A stretch of 64,000 bases of DNA, from the NCBI GenBank assembly GCA_018649885.1, contig JABIHA010000028.1, positions 1 through 64,000 on the forward strand. Direction: 5' to 3'. This document shows, in pieces, positions 39,687-49,491 of the stretch. Made by a program: the position numbers and the translations under genes. The number at the start of each line of letters is the position of its first letter. Position 1 is the first letter of the stretch. The notes beneath the pieces are model-generated. The model worked only from the letters and a program-made list of their open reading frames with translations. It did not search any database and was not told where the DNA came from. The DNA comes from Bacteriovoracaceae bacterium. Lineage in GTDB: Bacteria; Bdellovibrionota; Bacteriovoracia; Bacteriovoracales; Bacteriovoracaceae.

Positions 39687-41072
39687 CTAGTTAAATAGGT
39701 TTGAGAGGGCAAGTGTGAATGATTTTCTGCCCTGGTTTTCTGCGATGATTCTAAAAGCTTCAGAAAAGTAAAACTTTGTTAAAAGCAGCTTTGATTCATC
39801 AGCATTTTTAGAATCGTCTTCATAAGCAAATTGCTTTGCTAGATCAATGGCCTCTATAATATCGGCACCAGAAAAACCTTCTGATTCAGAGCTAAGCCAC
39901 TCTACGCTTATTCCTTTTTCCCAGACAGCGCCTTTTTTTCCAAATCTTTCAAAAAACTTAGAACGAATTGTAAATTTAGGTAGTCCGTAGGTAATGTGGA
40001 GTCCAAGTCTTCCAGATCTGATCAGTGCAGGGTCAAGGGAGTCCGCATTATTTGTAGTGGCAATTGTCAGTACTCCATCACTTTCAACAAGGCCGTCGAG
40101 CCCATTGAGAAATTCGTTTAAAACCACTTGGTCATAAACTGCTTTTTTCTCTCCACTACGGCTACGCACGCCAACGAGATCGAGATCTTCCATAAAAATT
40201 GTTGTAGGGGAGAGCTCTTTTGAGACCTTAAATAGTTTTTTAATCATATAAGAGTTAGATAAATGTCTGGCACTGAGATAAACAAATGACGATTTCTTCT
40301 TCAATTTACCTTTTAGAACATTTGAAATAAGAATTTGTCCAAGAAAGGATTTGCCAGTTCCAGGAGGTCCTTGAAGTAGTACACCTTTTTTTGGTTTTAT
40401 ATTCATAGCTTTGTAGATAGGGAAGTTTAACAAATAATCATGAGTATTTTCAATCGAGTTTCTCTTTAAATCTGCATCTAGAATTAAGTCATCCCATTTG
40501 TAATTAAATGAAGCCGTATTTTGCATGAATCCAACTCTAGAGGACTTAAATTCTATAATACTATTTTTGTAAATATTTTTTGGCACAAGGTATTGTTTTA
40601 ATTGCGCCAAAATCTTCTTTGATAGTTTGGTGTCGACATCTCTTGAGTAAATATTAAAAACACCGTCGTACATTTGTACAATGAAGCGATGTGGAGTGCT
40701 CTTATCTTTACCTAAGTGAATAAAGTAATATCCGGATCCAGTCATCATCAACTGCTTATTTCCAAAATTATCTAGCTGGATAAAACTTGTATCAATGGGA
40801 GTTCTTCTTCCGTAGATATATGCCGCCCTATCGTAGACGGTGAAGTCACCTTTTGCATCATAAAAAGTCTGATGAGTCGCCACATACGTAAGGTTTATGT
40901 AATCGTACAATATGCTCGATGTTATAACATGTGTATGTTCAAAGTCATTCACTTGCAGCCAGTTGTTAGCAGCAAGTGGCCAGGTATCGAAATCTGGGTC
41001 AAGAGCATCTCCTGCAAAGACAGTGGTGTGACATAGTAGTGATAATATCAATATATATGGTAAATTTTTCAT
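39687..41072 (-). CDS. AAA+ ATPase (Bcs1-like) with N-terminal signal peptide
   Basis: GPPGTGKS Walker A, IFMEDLD Walker B, FLNGLDG, TTNNADSLDPALIRSGRL second region of homology; MKNLPYILILSLLCHTTVFA signal. Confidence 0.88.
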   Translation of the reverse strand: MKNLPYILILSLLCHTTVFAGDALDPDFDTWPLAANNWLQVNDFEHTHVITSSILYDYINLTYVATHQTFYDAKGDFTVYDRAAYIYGRRTPIDTSFIQLDNFGNKQLMMTGSGYYFIHLGKDKSTPHRFIVQMYDGVFNIYSRDVDTKLSKKILAQLKQYLVPKNIYKNSIIEFKSSRVGFMQNTASFNYKWDDLILDADLKRNSIENTHDYLLNFPIYKAMNIKPKKGVLLQGPPGTGKSFLGQILISNVLKGKLKKKSSFVYLSARHLSNSYMIKKLFKVSKELSPTTIFMEDLDLVGVRSRSGEKKAVYDQVVLNEFLNGLDGLVESDGVLTIATTNNADSLDPALIRSGRLGLHITYGLPKFTIRSKFFERFGKKGAVWEKGISVEWLSSESEGFSGADIIEAIDLAKQFAYEDDSKNADESKLLLTKFYFSEAFRIIAENQGRKSFTLALSNLFN

Positions 41073-41084
41073 AATTTATCCTTT

Positions 41085-42404
41085 CTAATTCTTAAATTTT
41101 TTCTTTAAGCTAACTGACTCTTCAAGGCCACCTTGAGAGATATTTACCTTTTTTAGGCCTCTGTCATATTTTCCGTTAGCTATAGACTTCTCTACACTGA
41201 GTGCCACAACGTCTTTGATAAATGCTCCTGTTCTTCCTTCAGTAATAGATGAAAGCTTTTCAAGGTTCAGGCTTCCGGTAATATGTTTCTTGGTAAATAG
41301 TGAGAAGAGCTGTTTTCTTGCATCAAACGAAGGTAATCCCACAAGGTGGTGAAAGCCAAGTCTTTTAGATCTTTTTAATGCAGGATCAATTCTTTCGGCG
41401 AGGTTGGTAGTAGCAATGGTGATGACACCTTTAAGCTCTTCTACACCACTAAGCTGTTGCATCAACTCATTTTTTACATCAGCTCTATCCGTCCTATCCG
41501 TGCCGGCAATTAAATCCACATCTTCAATGAAAATAACCGATGGGGTGAACTTTCTAGCGGCATTATATAGTGATCGTACCAAAGATGAGTAGAGGAGGTG
41601 TCTTGCCTGGACGTGAATGTAGGTGACTTTGTTTTTATACCGACTTTGCATAACATTGCTTGCGAGTATCTTGGCCACAAAACTTTTGCCTGTTCCGGGA
41701 GGCCCATGAAGGAGTACGCCTCTATTTGATGGAAGGCCGTACTTTTTCCAGTCAGAGCTGCCGTAGCCATTGAGAAAACCATCAATGGTTTTGACCATAC
41801 GTTTTTTCTCACTTTGGTTAAAAATAAAGCTGTCCCAATTAACATCTAGGTCATCTATGCCCTTCCAAAAACTCATCATACCTGAATTAAACTCAAGTAC
41901 ACTTCCACGATATGGAGTTGTTTGGTAGAGATCTTTTTCTATTTCTTCTAAAAAAGAATTGGCAAGTGCAAGTGAGGCCTTATTACTTCTCTGATAGTAA
42001 GTACTCACAGAGTTTCGGCTTTGAACAACCAAAAGTCTTTGATCATGGTCAAGTTTATTGTAGATCCAGTAATATAGTCGCACGTCTAACAATTTTTCAA
42101 CATAGGGAGCTTGCCCTGTTTGAACGATGCTTCGGCTTTTAAACCAAGGGTATGATCCATTATAATTCATTGATTTCGCTACTACCCACTTAGAGCTTTT
42201 TCTACTTATGAACTCGTCAAAGTAGATACTGTAGGAATCGGCCAAATTACTCCCCTTGTAAATAGTTGAGGCAGAGTAGGAATTGGGGAGATTGTACCAA
42301 GTTTGCAAAGCTTTTGAAAAATTTTTGAAGTCCACAACAGGGATAGTTGAATAGGCCTTGGGGACTAGGTTTAGAAATAGTGTTAATAATATTATTGTTT
42401 TCAA
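41085..42404 (-). CDS. AAA+ ATPase (Bcs1-like) with N-terminal signal peptide
   Basis: GPPGTGKS, IFIEDVD, TTNLAERIDPALKRSKRL; MKTIILLTLFLNLVPKAYS signal; TTG after AAGGAGG. Confidence 0.88.
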   Translation of the reverse strand: MKTIILLTLFLNLVPKAYSTIPVVDFKNFSKALQTWYNLPNSYSASTIYKGSNLADSYSIYFDEFISRKSSKWVVAKSMNYNGSYPWFKSRSIVQTGQAPYVEKLLDVRLYYWIYNKLDHDQRLLVVQSRNSVSTYYQRSNKASLALANSFLEEIEKDLYQTTPYRGSVLEFNSGMMSFWKGIDDLDVNWDSFIFNQSEKKRMVKTIDGFLNGYGSSDWKKYGLPSNRGVLLHGPPGTGKSFVAKILASNVMQSRYKNKVTYIHVQARHLLYSSLVRSLYNAARKFTPSVIFIEDVDLIAGTDRTDRADVKNELMQQLSGVEELKGVITIATTNLAERIDPALKRSKRLGFHHLVGLPSFDARKQLFSLFTKKHITGSLNLEKLSSITEGRTGAFIKDVVALSVEKSIANGKYDRGLKKVNISQGGLEESVSLKKKFKN

Positions 42405-42815
42405 TCTTCCTCCTTGAAGATAGGCATGGTCAATAATGGTTTTATTGAATTAAATAATGATCAAAATATTATCAAGTTTTGTCAAATAATTAGGGTCTTT
42501 GTAATAATATAGTTTAATTAGATTCACGACTCGTGAAACAGGCATTTTGTTAGTTGAGAAAACAATGTTATCAAAAATGAATAGAATCCGCTGACAGCCG
42601 AACACAATCTTTCATGCCAAAAGCATGGTGAATGATTTTATCTAAAAGTTTATGGAACAGCTTGCTTATAAAGTTTTTGAACGTGTATTTATGTGATGCA
42701 AGAGATAGCAGTACCTGAATTGCATGCAAAAAAGGCATCATGAAGGTGAGATAGATTCATTTTTGTCATTATTAAAGGCGTAGTATTCTGCTTCTATCTT
42801 AAATGGGAGAAACCT

Positions 42816-43343
42816 ATGAAATATATATTATTACTGCTTTTAACTTTCAATTCTTCACAGACCATGGCGAATATTTTTGAACAGTTAGTTGTCGCGCAGC
42901 ACTTACAAGATGAGTTTCACCTTACTCTTGTTGAAAAAGATGACTCCCACACGGATTATCTAGATAAAGGCAGAATAGTTGCCCGCGAAGTACTCGATTA
43001 CGCTGGAGATTTTGAGAAAGTCATAAGCGAAGGCTATAGGGGGTATGACCAGGAAATTATCACCAAGTTTCTTATAAGGCCTGGTCACAATTACGCTCCT
43101 TTTTTCTGTGGAACTTATAAATCCATGCTATCAGAGGATTGGGAGTTTTCAGAAAATCCAAAGCTATGCTTTGAGCAAACTGAAATGCTACTTAAAGCTC
43201 TCTTAAAAGATGCTGATGAAGTATTTGTCTTGGTATTAGAGGGAGTCAACTGGGGCCCTCAGCAAGAAGTAGTCATCTATTTCAAGTCTTATGGTAAACA
43301 TTCAGTGAATGTGCTTAGCTTTGATATCCTCCACGAAATTTAG
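42816..43343 (+). CDS. Secreted acidic hypothetical protein
   Basis: Signal peptide; GGGAG SD. Confidence 0.75.
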   Translation: MKYILLLLLTFNSSQTMANIFEQLVVAQHLQDEFHLTLVEKDDSHTDYLDKGRIVAREVLDYAGDFEKVISEGYRGYDQEIITKFLIRPGHNYAPFFCGTYKSMLSEDWEFSENPKLCFEQTEMLLKALLKDADEVFVLVLEGVNWGPQQEVVIYFKSYGKHSVNVLSFDILHEI

Positions 43344-43700
43344 AGGTCATTATTTTTCGTCGCCGTCTCCGTCGGCCTCACCTTTATCGTACTTAAGTTG
43401 TGCATCCTCCGCATCTTTGTAGGCAACAGGAGCTTAAAGTATTAAAATGAGCTATGAATTACAAACAATAAATAAGTTAACCGTCCACCGCTATCGCTCA
43501 CTGTAGTTTGGGGGAAACAGAGAAAATTTTCTTTGAGATAATTTGTATATAAAAAGATATAACTTCGATAATGGAATTGAAGTTTTTTCAAAAGAATAAA
43601 CAAGCATTAGAAAAATGGGTAGTTTTAAGAGTGTACCAAGGCCTTTGGTTTTTACTTTAGTCTTTTAACAAAACCTCACTCATGAAACAGGAACAGTAGA

Positions 43701-44290
43701 CTAGCGAAATAGGAATTCAAAAACCTTGATGGTATTTGTATTTGTCGGTTTTACCGCCGCAGATATAAACATAATTGAGTTGATGAAAATAGATCTCACC
43801 ACTAGGGGCCTGGTAAAAAGCAACGAGGCCGCTTTTATAATGGATTCCATCAAGTTGGTCAGGATCAGAGCTATAGCTGTAGGCCAAATCATAATCGAGA
43901 TATCCAAATTCTCTGTAGGTGTTAACCTCAGTGACGCTTACTTCACCTATTGGAGTATTCACAATTATTTGGGCAGAATGAGTTGCACTCCCAGATGTTT
44001 CAAGACCAGACTTTGAAGAGTATTCATAACGAATCCCTTCAATAGGAGTAGCTAGTGTTCGCCAATTTGGAAAATTGAAAAAATGTGTGACCGCACTTTC
44101 TAGTGATAGGGTATTTGGCCTTATTAATTTTACCGTAAAGGGATGTTTCAGCCACTTTATGACTATCTTGGTAAGTCTTTTTGGAAACTGCACAAACAGG
44201 AGCTGAATTAAAGCAATTTTCAGGGACAGAAAAGGCCCCAGCACTTAAAGGTAGTAACACTATGGTTAGAGCAATTGTTAACTTAAACAT
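43701..44290 (-). pseudogene. Frameshifted secreted-protein gene
   Basis: Signal-peptide frame (MFKLTIALTIVLLPLSAGA...KAKYP) continues in another frame (SLESAVTHFFNFPNW...) near 44108; a second shift near 43765 is likely. Confidence 0.6.
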
Positions 44291-44452
44291 TTTCGTCTCC
44301 CCCGATATGCTTTTAAAAAGAATATGAATACAAATCCTCCTTTTCATAACATAGATTAATTTTTCATTGGAGCGCTTGTAAAATCAACATACTTAGTAAA
44401 CTATTAAAATCAAAGACTTGAAATTGAGGACACACAACTTTGGAGGGAAACA

Positions 44453-44755
44453 GTGATTTTTAGAATTTTGCGCAATTTATTATTTAAAATTTTCAAGGCT
44501 TCATTTGAAGAGGAACTCGCTGAGAAAATTGACCAGAATTCTGTGGAGTGGGTGACAGTGAATACATATCCTTCAAAGATTCTCGCTGATATTGATTGCT
44601 CACTACTTGAATCCATGGAAATTCCCGCTAGAGTTTCAGCTGATGATGCTGGAGGGCTTGCCCCTCATTATGCAACTGCAAGTGGTGTGAGGCTATTAGT
44701 CCCAGAAGATAGTGCACAAGCTGCACAAGAGGTCTTGAATAAGTCTGATAGCTAA
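44453..44755 (+). CDS. DUF2007 family (PII-like putative signal transducer)
   Basis: WVTV.TY.....A.....LLES..IPA.V..D.....P.......VRLLV.ED...A.EVL. Confidence 0.8.
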   Translation: MIFRILRNLLFKIFKASFEEELAEKIDQNSVEWVTVNTYPSKILADIDCSLLESMEIPARVSADDAGGLAPHYATASGVRLLVPEDSAQAAQEVLNKSDS

Positions 44756-44760
44756 TCTAA

Positions 44761-44791
44761 GAGTGTTCCACCCCCCTGGAGCACTCATTTT
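44761..44791 (+). terminator. Rho-independent terminator
   Basis: GAGTGTTCCA-CCCCCC-TGGAGCACTC then ATTTT, immediately after the stop. Confidence 0.6.
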
Positions 44792-44869
44792 AAGTAATTC
44801 CTTCTAATTCCCAGCAAACTGTATTGGTTTCGTGCTAGCACTATAAGTAGTTCATTGAAAGGAGCAAGA

Positions 44870-45208
44870 ATGAAGACATTATTCTTATTAACACTATTAG
44901 CGCTAATTCCATATAAATCCTTTGCAGGCTGCGCCTATCAAATTAATTATGTGAATACTCTAGACGATCCAATAACTCTCAGTAAGATTTCTGTCAGGTT
45001 AAGTGGATCTACGGAAGGATGGTATAAAAAGCGCTGGGTCGGTAGCACTGTTGTTGGGCCAGGTGATGAATATCAAATGAGCGTAAGAACCCAAATTGGA
45101 TGTGGTAGTTGGAAAGAATTCAAAACAGTCTTTTTCTATAAAGGTAAGAAATATTCCGCCAAAGAGCTAACGAGGTCTAATGAAACAAGCTTTGACTGGG
45201 TATTCTAG
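44870..45208 (+). CDS. Small secreted beta-rich protein
   Basis: MKTLFLLTLLALIPYKSFA signal after AAGGAG. Confidence 0.75.
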   Translation: MKTLFLLTLLALIPYKSFAGCAYQINYVNTLDDPITLSKISVRLSGSTEGWYKKRWVGSTVVGPGDEYQMSVRTQIGCGSWKEFKTVFFYKGKKYSAKELTRSNETSFDWVF

Positions 45209-45321
45209 TCGGTCTTAGGGGGGAGTGCCAATTTCTGTGGACGCAGCAGCGGCCATAAGTACCAATCAATTGAAAATTGTCAGGTTTTAAGTTACAATAG
45301 GTCTACCTGTGGAGGGGACCT

Positions 45322-46404
45322 ATGAATAGAATTTGTTTATTATCTCTTTTTTTAATTATGGCCATTTATTCAGTAAAAGCAGAGGCGAGGGATGAGGCCA
45401 AAGGTAAAGCTAAGGATATTTGTAAGTCCTGGAAGAAAAAAGACTATAGATGCAGAGTTAGGAAAAAGAAAAAAGGATGTAATAAAGACTGGACTAAAAA
45501 AGACAAAAAAGGTGACTGGCTTGTTTGTGTTAAAGAAAAATGTAATAGAGAGTGTAAAAAGAAAGCAGGCATTGCTGCTGCAAAAAAAGAATGTAAATCA
45601 ATCACTAAATCCACAGGACGGGCGTGTAAATTTATTGAGCCAATAAAAAGGTGTACGAAACACTTTGGCAAAAACTGGAAGAAGTACAAAAATATTAATG
45701 GCCAAAAACAAAAAAAATACAAGATTTGTTTGAATGAAAATTATGATCCAACCAATAAAAACCATATCTCCAGTACGGCAGGTAGTAACCCGACACTAGA
45801 TGGACAAATTACTACAACAGTTCAAACAGCTATGAATGGTGCGTTTGTAAAAAATGATATTCAAAAAATGATGAATAAAGCACTCTGTGATGCCATTAAC
45901 GACAATAGAAAACCTGATCCTAGACTTACCATTAACAAATGCAAGAGTGCCAAAGGAGTGGGAATCAAAATTGGATCTTCAAAACCCACTATTATCATTA
46001 AAAATTTTATCATTGGGCCAACACTACAAGATGCTACATTTGATTACCGAGTTGAATGGAAAACGAATGGATTTAAGCTAAATTATACAAAAGACTGCAA
46101 GGCCAAAGTTAGAAAAAAGAAAGGCAAGGGAAAGAAAAAAGATTGGAAGTGTCCAAAAATTAATTTTAAAGTAGGAAACTTTGCAATGTCACTCAAGGGT
46201 AATGGAAAGGCGGTAATGTTGGGAACGACTCTAAAGTCGGTTGATCTAAACGTAGATAATGGTAGCGTAAGCCATAATATTAGATTCTCAACATGCATGA
46301 AAATATTTGGTTTCATCAAATTCTGCCCAAAAGTGGCGGAAGGTCCTGCATGGAAAGCACTCAAAGATGCTCTTATCGATACCATCGAAGACCTCTCAAT
46401 ATAA
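45322..46404 (+). CDS. Secreted Lys/Cys-rich two-domain protein
   Basis: Signal peptide ending AEA; N-terminal Cys/Lys repeats; C-terminal long beta-strands and a terminal helix. Confidence 0.78.
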   Translation: MNRICLLSLFLIMAIYSVKAEARDEAKGKAKDICKSWKKKDYRCRVRKKKKGCNKDWTKKDKKGDWLVCVKEKCNRECKKKAGIAAAKKECKSITKSTGRACKFIEPIKRCTKHFGKNWKKYKNINGQKQKKYKICLNENYDPTNKNHISSTAGSNPTLDGQITTTVQTAMNGAFVKNDIQKMMNKALCDAINDNRKPDPRLTINKCKSAKGVGIKIGSSKPTIIIKNFIIGPTLQDATFDYRVEWKTNGFKLNYTKDCKAKVRKKKGKGKKKDWKCPKINFKVGNFAMSLKGNGKAVMLGTTLKSVDLNVDNGSVSHNIRFSTCMKIFGFIKFCPKVAEGPAWKALKDALIDTIEDLSI

Positions 46405-46801
46405 AATGAAAAATGGTATGGATAATAAAAGGCGCCAGTAGATTTTTAATATGTGGGATTAAAATCTGTTGGCACCTTTTGGCAACTGGAGAAATCTACT
46501 GTGGGCACAAAAAGTCAGAGGTCATTGTTGTGTCCAAAAAATATCATACCTTGGATTATTGTGTGGTAATTCATCAGCTTCTAGAGAAGTTATATTCCTG
46601 TCCACCAAATCACTTATTGAGTGGACAAACCTTTAGCTACTGCCCTGGAAGTACAGAATCCGCTTTTGTGTATTCTCCTTATTTTTTTTACCATACTGTG
46701 CTTTTTTGGTGCTTACAAATTAGTAAGTTTTTCAATTTTTCACAATTAAATCTTAATGGTGATAAAAGCTCTTTAGGTGCAATTTTTTAATCGGGGGTTT
46801 T

Positions 46802-47845
46802 ATGTTTAGGCATATAGCTGTTTGTATTTTTTTCATACTTCCTACTCTTGGAAGTGCAAAACTAGAAAAAAACGTCATTCTTATAAGTGTGGATGGTCTA
46901 AAGAGAGCGTATGCTACTGACACTCATTTCATGCCCAATTTAACCGATTTAGCGAAGTCGGGGAAAGGCAGTCAAAGTGCCAGCGCGGCCATACCTCCTC
47001 GAACTATTCCCAACCATACCACAATGCTAAATGGCCTTAATCCCAGAACTCATGGAATGCTAATAAATGATAAAGAGGCCGCAAATGTAACCTCTAATCC
47101 ATCTATCTTTGATATTCTGAGCTCTCATTTTGGAGAAAGCTTTGAAGGTGCTGCGGTTGTGGCCAAAAAGAAATTGGCCTACATTGTAAGCTCTCAGGGA
47201 CCACAGTCAGCACCTCTGTCTATTGATGGATCATTTGTCAGAGAATTCATCCCTATAAAACGTGACAATTTTGTGATGAGACAAATCAGAAATTTCACCG
47301 GGGTTCATCCGAGTGAGCAAACCAGAGATATTGCCCTCGAAAAGCTTGCAGATAGTATTCCCAACCTCTTATTCATTCATTTTGGCAATGCTGATTTAGA
47401 TGGCCATTGGGGTGTACGTTTTAAAGCAACAATCGTTAAGTCTAATGGTGGCTGGGGCGGAGAAAGACAAAGAAATGAATTAAGAATTATTGACCGTGCT
47501 ATCAAAGCGATAGTGGAGCAGGCCTCAGTACACGATCCTGGTCTTGAGCATACGACTTTCATTATCACCTCTGATCATGGCGGGCATAAAAACTCTCATG
47601 GAGGTATTGAAAACCAAGATAAATCAAAACTTAGCATTAAGGTTTTGGAAGATGTAAAGCAGCTGACTTTGGATGATTTTCACCCTGATGACATAAGTAT
47701 TCCTTGGATAATTTTTGGTGGAGAGTCAGATAGTTACCGAATTAGTGATCATATTGACCAGGTTGATACAGCTCCCACCATTTTAGATATTTTTGGTCTT
47801 GAAAGGCCCGTAGCATTTGAAGGCCAATCAGCAATTGTAAATTAG
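46802..47845 (+). CDS. Secreted alkaline phosphatase superfamily / nucleotide pyrophosphatase-phosphodiesterase
   Basis: LISVDGL, PRTIPNH (Thr nucleophile), D..GH, TSDHGG, DTAPT. Confidence 0.88.
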   Translation: MFRHIAVCIFFILPTLGSAKLEKNVILISVDGLKRAYATDTHFMPNLTDLAKSGKGSQSASAAIPPRTIPNHTTMLNGLNPRTHGMLINDKEAANVTSNPSIFDILSSHFGESFEGAAVVAKKKLAYIVSSQGPQSAPLSIDGSFVREFIPIKRDNFVMRQIRNFTGVHPSEQTRDIALEKLADSIPNLLFIHFGNADLDGHWGVRFKATIVKSNGGWGGERQRNELRIIDRAIKAIVEQASVHDPGLEHTTFIITSDHGGHKNSHGGIENQDKSKLSIKVLEDVKQLTLDDFHPDDISIPWIIFGGESDSYRISDHIDQVDTAPTILDIFGLERPVAFEGQSAIVN

Positions 47846-48193
47846 CAGACTCAAGGCTATTAGAGCTGGCAGTGTCTGGACTACCATAATTTTGCGGCTG
47901 GATGTGAACCCACCGTATACTCCTGCAACAGCTACACATGCTAGGAAAAAGACTTTGAAGTGCAAAGCTGTATGTGCATTTTTGACTATTAAACTCCAAA
48001 ATAGGCCTGCTGCCAAAAAACCATTGTAAAGTCCTTGGTTGGCCGCGAGAGCTGCTGATTGTTTAGCTTCTTCGAGAGTTTTCCCAAAAGTTTTCAGACC
48101 CTTTGGTTTGGTCCAGAGAAACATCTCCAAAACGAGAATATAAAGATGCAGGAGTCCAATAATGGTAATGAGTATATTTATTAGCGTGTTCAA
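47828..48193 (-). CDS. DUF1304 family membrane protein
   Basis: HLYILVLEMFLW, LAANQGLYNGFLAAG, VQTLPA. Confidence 0.9.
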   Translation of the reverse strand: MNTLINILITIIGLLHLYILVLEMFLWTKPKGLKTFGKTLEEAKQSAALAANQGLYNGFLAAGLFWSLIVKNAHTALHFKVFFLACVAVAGVYGGFTSSRKIMVVQTLPALIALSLLIYNC

Positions 48194-48251
48194 TTTTTCT
48201 CCTTATGCTTTCAAGTTAATTTTCACATAAGTTTACACTTGATTAAAGCTT

Positions 48252-48605
48252 TTATTGCTCGCAGTTGGTCCTTTTGCAAAAGAATCCGTCTCCACCTTGT
48301 CCTTTTTTACAATTTTTAATTGCATTGTTTTTTGCTACAGCTTTTGACCCACCAGTTCCGGTATAGATATTACTCATGGCCTTGACTGTGCAAAGCCAAG
48401 TGTCGCTTGCGCTTCCTTTGCTTTCTAGCTGAAATACTTTTTGTTGAAGTTGCCAAACGGCCCGTTCTAAATTCCAAATCCTTCTTCTTAAATCATCTTG
48501 AGTGTAGCCCTTGTAGTTTTTTCCAACTTGGATTTTAATTATACCCTCGGCCATGACTGCTGTGCTGAAAACAATTAAAAGTAGTGCTATAGTTTTTTTC
48601 ATCAT
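48252..48605 (-). CDS. Small secreted protein with coiled coil and 4-Cys domain
   Basis: Signal peptide; LERAVWQLQQKVFQLE; W.C...G.G.SK..A...A...C...FC...C. Confidence 0.75.
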   Translation of the reverse strand: MMKKTIALLLIVFSTAVMAEGIIKIQVGKNYKGYTQDDLRRRIWNLERAVWQLQQKVFQLESKGSASDTWLCTVKAMSNIYTGTGGSKAVAKNNAIKNCKKGQGGDGFFCKRTNCEQ

Positions 48606-48828
48606 CTCTTCCTTTCTAACTCGTTACGTGTGGTGCTCAAAAATATGTGACGTAATCTACTATGATATCGCAATGTTGGCGAGTGAAGTTTGTTAAAAAC
48701 TTTGCTCGCAAAATTGTAGTGTTACATAGTGATCTATGACAAAAGAGTCCCTATATAGAGAAAGAACAATTAAAGTAGAAAAAATTTGTGGAAGAAGAAT
48801 CATCACAGCCTAAAAGAAATACACAATT

Positions 48829-49410
48829 TTATTCTTTCAGTGATTTTAGTGTAGGTCTGATTAACTCTAAGGCCATCTCGGATTTGGTCATTCCTTTTTT
48901 TAAATCAGGAAGCATATATCCACTGGCCACCAGTGTGGTGATTCCATGAATAGCTGCCCAAAGAGAGTAGGCACTTTGGAAGTTAAAGGATTCGGTTTTC
49001 ATTTTCTCCTGTCCCACATATTCATAAGTAAAGGCCGCAAATTGCTGAAAGCCAGCTGCGGCACTTTCACTAAATCGACTAGAGATTTCTTTTTTTTCTC
49101 TGATAGCTCCAAACATAAGCTCAAAGAGGTGGGCATGGGTGATGCCGTAATCAAAGTAAGCGAGTAGCACCTTTTCAATTTGGTCTAATTTGCTGACAGA
49201 ACCCTCAGCACTTTGGATTCCTGCACTTGCTAACTCTTCAAAACCAACGGCAGCTACCTCAAGCAGTAGGAAGTCCTTGCTTGGATAGTGCTTGTAAGTG
49301 GCCATGGCAGAAAGACCCACGCTGGTGGCCATCTTTCTCATGGAGAGGGCCCCAGCTCCTTTATTTTCGATTAGTTGGCGAGCGGCCTTAAAAATTTTCT
49401 CTTTAGACAT
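48829..49410 (-). CDS. TetR/AcrR family regulator (WHG-type C-terminus)
   Basis: LSMRKMA..VGLSAMATYKHYPSK HTH; WAAIHG motif. Confidence 0.93.
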   Translation of the reverse strand: MSKEKIFKAARQLIENKGAGALSMRKMATSVGLSAMATYKHYPSKDFLLLEVAAVGFEELASAGIQSAEGSVSKLDQIEKVLLAYFDYGITHAHLFELMFGAIREKKEISSRFSESAAAGFQQFAAFTYEYVGQEKMKTESFNFQSAYSLWAAIHGITTLVASGYMLPDLKKGMTKSEMALELIRPTLKSLKE

Positions 49411-49423
49411 AGTTAATTATACA

Positions 49424-49472
49424 CCCCTGGTTTACATTGTACACCACTTAGTATACAGTGTAAACCAAGGGG
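49424..49472. promoter_or_regulatory. Putative TetR operator pair in a divergent promoter
   Basis: CCCC-TGGTTTACATTGTACAC-CACTTA-GTATACAGTGTAAACCA-AGGGG; each arm is itself a TACAnTGTA palindrome. Confidence 0.7.
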
Positions 49473-49491
49473 ACCCACTAAGGAGAATGTT

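Noticed and set aside
39687..42404. FtsH, proteasomal ATPase or CDC48 assignment
   Set aside because: No protease domain, no second AAA module, EDxD Walker B and no canonical pore loop
46413..46790. 125-aa plus-strand ORF
   Set aside because: Atypical composition and no SD; may be decayed sequence
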